Assembly: GCA_027623675.1 (NCBI GenBank)
Contig: JAQBVF010000012.1
Span: 24,350 to 88,349 of the forward strand
Source: Chloroflexota bacterium
GTDB lineage: Bacteria; Chloroflexota; Dehalococcoidia; Lucifugimonadales; UBA3495
DNA: 64,000 nt
Direction of reading: 5' to 3'
Position 1 is the stretch's first letter. Each line of letters begins with the position of its first letter. Under the pieces are notes generated by a model, which saw only the letters and a program-made list of their open reading frames with translations, ran no database searches and was not told the DNA's origin. Below, piece after piece: positions 57,876 to 64,000 of this stretch. Position numbers and translations under genes: made by a program.

Positions 57876-58640
57876 ATGCCTGAAGTGGACTACTCGGCGT
57901 TGGACGCCCCGAACATATCCATGAACTCCTTCTACCCCCGGCAGGGCTGGTCGCCCACCCCCGAAGGAGTCCAAGACTACACGATAAACGTCGGCGGCGA
58001 CATCGGCCTATCCTGCCGGTTCTTCCCGGTGGGGAACAGCGTTCCCACCGTATTGTTCTTTTACGGCAACGGCGAAACGGCCATCGACTACAACTCCATC
58101 GCCCCGCTGTACAACCAGATCGGGGTCAATTTCTTCGTGGCCGACTACCGTGGTTATGGCAAGAGCGGCGGCTCACCGTCGTTCACCACCATGCTCGCCG
58201 ACGCCAATACCGTGCTTGAGTCCATGCAGATCGTGCTGGGCGCCAGTGGCTTCAGCGGGCCGGTTTACGTCATGGGACGCTCCATGGGACGGCACGCGGC
58301 ATTCGAACTGGCCGCCAAAGAGGCGCCGGGCGTCAAGGGAGTTATCATCGAGAGCGGGCGGCCCAGCCTGGGCCAGTTCACCAACGGCCTGGACCCTCAG
58401 CAGGCCCAAGTGTTGGAAGCTGCCTACAAAGCCAAGGCGGCGTCAATTTCCATCCCCGTGCTGGTGATTCACGGCGAGATCGATACGTTGGCCCCCTTGG
58501 AATTCGCCGAGGAGATGTTCCGGAGTTTCGCGTCCACAAACAAGAAGATGCTGATGGTCCCCGGCGCGGGCCATAACGACCTGCTGTTCAAAGGCTTGGA
58601 CGAATACTTCACGGCCATCCGGGATTTCATATTCGGATAG
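57876..58640 (+). CDS. Alpha/beta hydrolase (ABHD13/17-like)
   Basis: GNGE, DYRGYGKS, GRSMG, IHGEID, GAGHND. Confidence 0.9.
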   Translation: MPEVDYSALDAPNISMNSFYPRQGWSPTPEGVQDYTINVGGDIGLSCRFFPVGNSVPTVLFFYGNGETAIDYNSIAPLYNQIGVNFFVADYRGYGKSGGSPSFTTMLADANTVLESMQIVLGASGFSGPVYVMGRSMGRHAAFELAAKEAPGVKGVIIESGRPSLGQFTNGLDPQQAQVLEAAYKAKAASISIPVLVIHGEIDTLAPLEFAEEMFRSFASTNKKMLMVPGAGHNDLLFKGLDEYFTAIRDFIFG

Positions 58641-58705
58641 CGGGTTCCAACAAAAGATCCGTAGAGAAGACCCGTGCCGAAGATTAATGCATGGGATTCC
58701 GGCGG

Positions 58706-59251
58706 CTAGGTCTTTGGGGGGCTCCACTCGTTCTTCAGCAAGCCAAACACCAGGGTGTCCCACCAGCGGCCTTTGAAGAACTCGTTCTCGCGCAACCGGC
58801 CCTCTTGTTGCAAGCCCAGTTTCGCTAGCACCCTGGCCGACGCGCCGTTGCCGGCGATGCACCATGACGAGACGCGGTGGAGCCCCATCTCGGTAAATCC
58901 ATGTTCGATCAAAGCGGCGGCGGCCTCGGTGGCGTAGCCCCGCCCCCAATGCTCCGGTGCGATCTCATAGCCGATGTCGGCCTCCTGATCGCTGTCCGGC
59001 TTGCGGCGGATGCCACAGTTGCCAATGAGCGCGCCGGTGTCGCGCCTGACCACGGCCAGTTGGAACCGGCGTCTTGGGGACTCGGCCTGCTCGTCCAGGA
59101 ACCATTGGACGAATTCCTTTACGTCGGACTCCGTGCGGGTGGACCAGGGGTAAAACTCCAGGTAGCGTGGGTCTTGCTGGTAGGCGAGAACCGCCGGCCA
59201 GTCGTCCGACTCAAATTCGCGCAGCGTCAGCCGCTCAGTCGTGATCTGCAT
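58706..59251 (-). CDS. GNAT acetyltransferase, RimJ/RimL family
   Basis: TERLTLR, IGY, WGRGYATEA, NGASARVLAKLG, EGRLRE. Confidence 0.9.
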   Translation of the reverse strand: MQITTERLTLREFESDDWPAVLAYQQDPRYLEFYPWSTRTESDVKEFVQWFLDEQAESPRRRFQLAVVRRDTGALIGNCGIRRKPDSDQEADIGYEIAPEHWGRGYATEAAAALIEHGFTEMGLHRVSSWCIAGNGASARVLAKLGLQQEGRLRENEFFKGRWWDTLVFGLLKNEWSPPKT

Positions 59252-59418
59252 GATCGCTCCGGGTAAAGCAGCGTCCCTTTTGACAGGAGCACGTTGGGGT
59301 TCTAGCATATCGTAGTTGAAATTACGGCGGCACGAGAGAGTCTGGGACCGGACGGGCCTGACTTAACCAGGCAACCCGTGTCCGCCAAGCCCGTGTCTAG
59401 TAAAAAGGAGCCCCTGCG

Positions 59419-59877
59419 ATGGAAGCAACCTGTGTGACCCACGTCGGCGTGTGTGTCCGAGATATGGCCAAGTCCTTGGAATTCTACCGGGACGCTTTGG
59501 GCATGAAGGTCATCGGCGAAAAAATGACCGACATCACCGAGGGCGGCACCCAGACCGCGCGCCTGGATAACTACGCTGAGGAGCGCAACACCCGGCATTG
59601 GGTTAGTCTGTCCTACGGCGACGGCGCCACTCCGACACTGACATTGACCAGCCATCCAGGGGAGAAACCCTCCGGCCAGCCCATATTGCTCGACCAGGTT
59701 GGCATCAGCCACATATCCTTTGGCGTCGCCGATGTGGCCGGTCTGGCCGACGAACTGGCCGCCAAGGGGTACGAACTGGCCGGGTCCAGAGAGTCATACA
59801 CCGACGCCAACGGCGAGATCCGGAGCATTTACGTCCGCGACCCCGACGGCATATTGGTGCAATTCAACACGCCGTAA
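59419..59877 (+). CDS. VOC/glyoxalase-family protein
   Basis: HVGVCVRDMAKSLEFY, HISFGV, YVRDPDG. Confidence 0.88.
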   Translation: MEATCVTHVGVCVRDMAKSLEFYRDALGMKVIGEKMTDITEGGTQTARLDNYAEERNTRHWVSLSYGDGATPTLTLTSHPGEKPSGQPILLDQVGISHISFGVADVAGLADELAAKGYELAGSRESYTDANGEIRSIYVRDPDGILVQFNTP

Positions 59878-59938
59878 ATACCAAAAAATCGGCAGAACCT
59901 TTAGAACAACGGAATAACTAAAAAGGAAGTTTTCAGAT

Positions 59939-61552
59939 ATGCCTAAAATGACCGGAGGCCAAGCGTTGGCCAAGTCCCTGTACCGGGAAGGCGTCCGCGT
60001 GATATTCGGACTGCCCGGAGTGCAGCTCTACCACATGATGGACGGGCTGTACGACGAGCCTGGCATCCGTTTCATCACCGTGCGCCACGAGCAGGCCACC
60101 GCCTACATGGCCGACGGCTACGCCCGGGCTGGGGGACAGGTCGGGACCGCGCTCACGGTGCCCGGTCCCGGACTGCTGAACGCGTCGTCGGCCTTGTCCA
60201 CAGCATATTCAGCATCTTCACCGGTGCTGATGGTTACGGGCCAGATCGAGCGGGACCACATCGGCGGCGACAGCGGCATGCTCCATGAGGTCAACGACCA
60301 GATGGACGCCATCAGTCCCGTCACCAAATGGGCCCGCCGGATATTGGACCCGGCGGAAGTGCCCGCGGCGGTGCACCAGGCGTTCTATCATCTGAAGAAC
60401 GGCCGGCCCCGCCCGGTGGAGATTGAGATTCCGCCGGAGACGCTGGCTGAGGTCGGCGAAGTGGAACTTATGGAGCCGGAGGAGCCTCGCCAGGTCGTGG
60501 CCGGCAAGGAGCAGATCGAAGCGGCTGCCGATGCCCTGGCTGCAGCCGCCAACCCGCTCATCTGGGCCGGCGGCGGCGTCATCTCCTCCCAGGCTTCGGA
60601 AGCGCTGACCAAGCTGGCCGAGCACTTGCAGGCCCCGGTGGTCACCACCGCCGAGGGCAAGGGCGCCATATCCGATCACCATCCGCTGGCCCTGGGCGCG
60701 CTCTGGCTGCGGAACGACACCATCGCCAAAGAACGATTCGGTCACGACGTCATCTTCGCCGTGGGCACCAGGCTGGTCACGGCCCAATGGCTGGAGGGCC
60801 AGAGGGTTGTCCAGGTCGACATCGACGCCGAGGAACTGGGGCGCAACTACGAGAACACCCTGGGCGTCCAGGGCGACGCCAAACGGACCATGGAAGACAT
60901 CCTGACCGCACTACAGGCCAAGATGCCGGCTAAGGCCGACCGGTCCGCCCAGGTCCAGGCCCAGAGGGACCAGCGCTCCAACGACGTCATCAAGGTCGAG
61001 CCCCAAGGTGAGCTGCTGGCGGCGGTCAGGAGGGCCATGCCCGAAGATGGCATCTTGGTCTCCGGCATGACCCAACTCGGCTACTACAGCCGCGCCCATT
61101 TCCCGGTCTATGAACCGCGCACCTTCATCACTTCGTCTTATTCCGGCAACCTGGGTTACGCCTACCCAACCGCCCTGGGCGCCAAGGTTGCCCAGCCCGA
61201 CAAGGCGGTGGTGGTGCTCTCCGGCGACGGTGGTTTCTTGTTCAACTCCCAGGAGATGGCCACCGCCGTGCAGCACAACATCAACGTGGTGGTGATCGTC
61301 TTCAACGACAACGCCTACGGGAACGTGAAGCGCGACCAGATGAACCAGTTCCAGGGCCGGACCATCGGCGTGGAACTGCACAACCCCGACTTCGTTAAGC
61401 TGGCTGAGGCCTACGGGGTCAAGGGCTTCGTGGCCAACGGCCCCGCCGAGCTTGAGGCCACCCTCAGGGACGCCCTGACCCTGGACTCGCCGGTGCTGAT
61501 CGAAGTCCCGGTCGGCCCCATGCCCTCGCCGTTCTTCAGGCCGCAAACATAG
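59939..61552 (+). CDS. Thiamine-diphosphate-dependent enzyme (acetolactate synthase-like)
   Basis: IFGLPG, VRHEQ, PGPGLLN, GDGGF...FNDNAYG. Confidence 0.92.
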   Translation: MPKMTGGQALAKSLYREGVRVIFGLPGVQLYHMMDGLYDEPGIRFITVRHEQATAYMADGYARAGGQVGTALTVPGPGLLNASSALSTAYSASSPVLMVTGQIERDHIGGDSGMLHEVNDQMDAISPVTKWARRILDPAEVPAAVHQAFYHLKNGRPRPVEIEIPPETLAEVGEVELMEPEEPRQVVAGKEQIEAAADALAAAANPLIWAGGGVISSQASEALTKLAEHLQAPVVTTAEGKGAISDHHPLALGALWLRNDTIAKERFGHDVIFAVGTRLVTAQWLEGQRVVQVDIDAEELGRNYENTLGVQGDAKRTMEDILTALQAKMPAKADRSAQVQAQRDQRSNDVIKVEPQGELLAAVRRAMPEDGILVSGMTQLGYYSRAHFPVYEPRTFITSSYSGNLGYAYPTALGAKVAQPDKAVVVLSGDGGFLFNSQEMATAVQHNINVVVIVFNDNAYGNVKRDQMNQFQGRTIGVELHNPDFVKLAEAYGVKGFVANGPAELEATLRDALTLDSPVLIEVPVGPMPSPFFRPQT

Positions 61553-61579
61553 GGCCGCAGATCTAATAATGAGATTGGC

Positions 61580-61617
61580 AGGGCCTGCTTGACACCGAAT
61601 TCAGCAGGCCCTAGCCT
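61580..61617 (+). promoter_or_regulatory. Possible promoter overlapped by an inverted repeat, upstream of selenoprotein module 2
   Basis: TTGACA(61589)-17 nt-TAGCCT; inverted repeat AGGGCCTGCT/AGCAGGCCCT at 61580-61612. Confidence 0.5.
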
Positions 61618-61731
61618 TCGGGACAGACTAAAGAGAACATTTCACCCTCACTCTAACTCTTCCCATTGCGAGGGGGCGTTACCAAAAAGTAATTTTGGAG
61701 AACGGTCTAAGGGTATGAACGGCGCCCCTCA

Positions 61732-61835
61732 AATGTCACCCTGAGTCCTTCCGCGGAAGGGCGAAGGGTCTGCCTAGTTGAAGATTGGCAGATTCTTCCT
61801 CATCCTTCTGCGGAAGGACTCGTCAGAATGACATT
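61732..61835. repeat. REP-like palindromic element
   Basis: AATGTCA...TGACATT ends, two internal CCTTCYGCGGAAGG hairpins; related to part of the MITE-like element. Confidence 0.7.
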
Positions 61836-61923
61836 GTCGGGGTAATGCGCATTGAAAGGGGGAGAATCAGCCCATTCCCCCGCGAAAACTAAGTTCCCAG
61901 TCTATCTCCAGCTAAGGAAACAC

Positions 61924-62472
61924 ATGACTATAACTGAAACGACCAAGCTGATAGTCCTGGACCCCACGGCGGCGCCCCGAAAGATGGAACAGGCCATGGC
62001 TCCGAGCCTCGACGGTCTGGGTGGGCGGTCGGTGGGATTTTTGTGGAACAGCAAGCCCAACGGCGACCTGCTCTTCGAGCGGCTGGAGAAGCTGCTCCGG
62101 GAGAAATACGAGATATCGGACGTGGTCTATAAGCGCAAGCCGACGGCGTCCATCCCGGCCACCGACGCAGTGATCGACGAACTGGCCGGGTCGGTCCAGG
62201 CGGTGGTCGTCGGGCTGGCCGATTGAGGGTCCTGCACGTCGTGGAGTATCCACGACGCGGTTGAACTGGAGAAGCGGGGCGTCCGCGCGGTAGTGGTGGG
62301 CACCGACCGTTTCAAGCGGCTGGGCGACGTTGAGCGGCGTTCCCTGGGCATGCCCGAACTGACCATGGCCACCGCCGAGCATCCGCTGGGCGGGCTGAAG
62401 GCCGACCAACTCCTAGCCAAGGCCGACGGGTTGTTGGAGCAGGTGGTCAAGGGCTTAACCGGAGGCCGCTAG
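61924..62472 (+). CDS. UGSC-family selenoprotein (182 aa, Sec at TGA 62224-62226), copy 2
   Basis: The frame stays open for 81 codons after the TGA: VVGLAD-U-GSCTSWSIHDAVELEKRGV...EHPLGG...GLTGGR-TAG; paralogous to copy 1 on both sides of the UGA. Confidence 0.88.
62237..62257 (+). promoter_or_regulatory. Putative bacterial SECIS hairpin (copy 2)
   Basis: Perfect 9-bp stem CGTCGTGGA-GTA-TCCACGACG starting at position +11 after the UGA; loop G at +20. Confidence 0.7.
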
Positions 62473-62514
62473 GCGGATCTTCCCCGGTGTGCAGATTCTG
62501 GTATGCAAGCTAAT

Positions 62515-62792
62515 ATGAGTCATCCCGGGCAGCACGCTACCGAGCAGATGCCGTCATCTCGGCGAAAGTCGAAATGACGGTCGGGCAGAGCAACCACACT
62601 CGCTACCTGTCATTCTGACCCTTCCGCAGAAGGAGAAGAATCTCTTCGCTTACCTTCAAGGTTGCTATCGTTCCGCGGACCGGCAGTTGGCCTCCCTTCG
62701 GCAACGAAATTCCTCTCTTAGCTCGGAATGACCAAGGCGGCCGGAATGATAAAGCTTGCGGCATCCACCCAGCAAACTCCGGGATGACTCAT
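62515..62792. mobile_element. MITE-like non-autonomous element (278 bp) with 14-bp terminal inverted repeats
   Basis: ATGAGTCATCCCGG at 62515 and CCGGGATGACTCAT ending at 62792; internal hairpins; second copy at 27079. Confidence 0.78.
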
Positions 62793-62822
62793 GTTTATAT
62801 TTTCCCGTAGCTGGAGGGCACA

Positions 62823-63860
62823 TTGGCCGACCTAGTATCAGAACGATTGGAAGTTAACGACGATTTCGAAGCGGTCCAAAACCTCTACCTAGATCGGGGT
62901 TGGACCGACGGCCTGCCCATCGTTCCGCCCACCGCTGAGCGGGTCGAGGCGATGCTGGCGGCCACGCCCCTGAACCCCCAGGACATCATCGGCGAGATAC
63001 CGCCCAACTGGGGTTCGGCCACGGTGGAGAAGCTGGCAGTGAACGCCGTGATGGCCGGCTGCCGCCCCGAATACCTGCCGGTGGTCATTGCCGCGGTGGC
63101 GGCCATGTGTGATGAGGCCTTCAATCTCTATGCCATCCAGGCCACCACCCACCCCTGCGCGCCGCTGATCATCGTGAACGGACCCATCTGCGACGACCTG
63201 GGCCTGCACGGCGGCTCGGGCGCTTACGGGCCAGGCTGGCAGGCCAACGCCACCATCGGGAGGGCGGTCAGGCTGGTTCAGTTAAACGTGGGCGGAGCGC
63301 ATCCGGGCGTGGGCGACATGTCCACCCAGGGCGCTCCTTCCAAGTACACCTACTGCGTGGCCGAGAACGAGGAGGCCAACCCCTGGCAGCCCCTGCACAT
63401 CGAGCGAGGTTTCCAGGCCGATCAGAGCACGGTGACCGTGTTGGCCGGGGAGCCGCCCCACAACATCAACGACCACGCGGGCAGCAGCGCCGAGGACATC
63501 CTGACCATCATCGCCGGCGCCATCTCCATCACCGGGGCCAACAACGCCTACACCGGCGGCGAGACCCTGCTCGCGTTGGGACCGGAGCACGCCGCCACCA
63601 TCGCCAACGACGGCCTGGGCAAGCAGGAGATAAGGGAGTGGCTGCACCGGAACGCCCGCATCCCCCTGGAGCGGTACACCCACGAGACCATGATGGAGCG
63701 GTTCCAGAAGATCCCCGACGGCCCGGTGCCCATGGTGGTCGACCCGGACCTGCTCACGATCATCGTACTGGGTGGCCCCGGCAAGCACTCGTCATGGGTG
63801 CCCACCTTCGGCGGGAGTACCCACTCGGTAACCAGGGAGATACGGCGCGTTGGCCAGTGA
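62823..63860 (+). CDS. Conserved protein of unknown function, partner of UGSC selenoprotein (copy 2)
   Basis: GWTDGLPIVPPT, ATVEKLAVNAVMAGC, ANATIGRA, YTYCVAE, GGPGKHS; TTG start with GGAGG. Confidence 0.85.
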   Translation: MADLVSERLEVNDDFEAVQNLYLDRGWTDGLPIVPPTAERVEAMLAATPLNPQDIIGEIPPNWGSATVEKLAVNAVMAGCRPEYLPVVIAAVAAMCDEAFNLYAIQATTHPCAPLIIVNGPICDDLGLHGGSGAYGPGWQANATIGRAVRLVQLNVGGAHPGVGDMSTQGAPSKYTYCVAENEEANPWQPLHIERGFQADQSTVTVLAGEPPHNINDHAGSSAEDILTIIAGAISITGANNAYTGGETLLALGPEHAATIANDGLGKQEIREWLHRNARIPLERYTHETMMERFQKIPDGPVPMVVDPDLLTIIVLGGPGKHSSWVPTFGGSTHSVTREIRRVGQ

Positions 63861-63961
63861 CCGGTCCGGCGATCCTACTTGGGTCCGGCGTCAACCGAAT
63901 ATTCCTAGGACTCTATCGCCGCCCGCATCAGGTTGAATTTCCTTTTTGAATTTTGGTGAAT

Positions 63962-63993
63962 ATGCATGCGGCCCCAATCGGGGCCGCATGCAT
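63962..63993. other. Perfect 14-bp hairpin (possible terminator)
   Basis: ATGCATGCGGCCCC-AATC-GGGGCCGCATGCAT; flank cut by the window end. Confidence 0.5.
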
Positions 63994-64000
63994 CGCTAAC

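Noticed and set aside
1..64000. tRNA-Sec, other tRNA/rRNA, sel genes, integrase or transposase
   Set aside because: None recognised by eye; a covariance-model search would be needed to exclude small RNAs.

Overview
GC-rich bacterial DNA, most consistent with a SAR202-type Dehalococcoidia (Chloroflexota). This lineage call is inferred from gene content: six luciferase-like flavin/F420 oxidoreductase (LLM) paralogs, many catabolic enzymes and sigma70-type promoters. Two systems stand out. (1) An archaellum (archaeal flagellum) gene cluster on the minus strand at 35.8-45.5 kb: arlB, an arlCDE-like gene, arlG, arlF, an extended arlF, arlH, arlI, arlJ and an unknown ORF. Its archaellin carries an inserted domain, its second ArlF carries a duplicated C-terminal domain, and a phosphorelay cluster lies next to it. 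(2) Two paralogous two-gene modules at 15.0-16.6 kb and 61.9-63.9 kb. Each pairs a UGA-recoded UGSC-type selenoprotein, which the ORF track splits or truncates, with a conserved ~345-aa protein of unknown function. Both UGA codons are followed by a hairpin at the same position with a compensatory base-pair change (SECIS-like). The window also holds a four-gene MacB/FtsX-type ABC system with very large permeases, tldD/tldE, a hicA pseudogene with an intact hicB, a benzoate-CoA-ligase-like pseudogene, a MITE-like palindromic repeat family, a triplicated gene 3' end whose core changes are all silent, and a structured leader before a TRAP solute-binding gene. No rRNA, tRNA, CRISPR array or transposase was recognised. 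All calls come from reading the sequence by eye; no searches were run.
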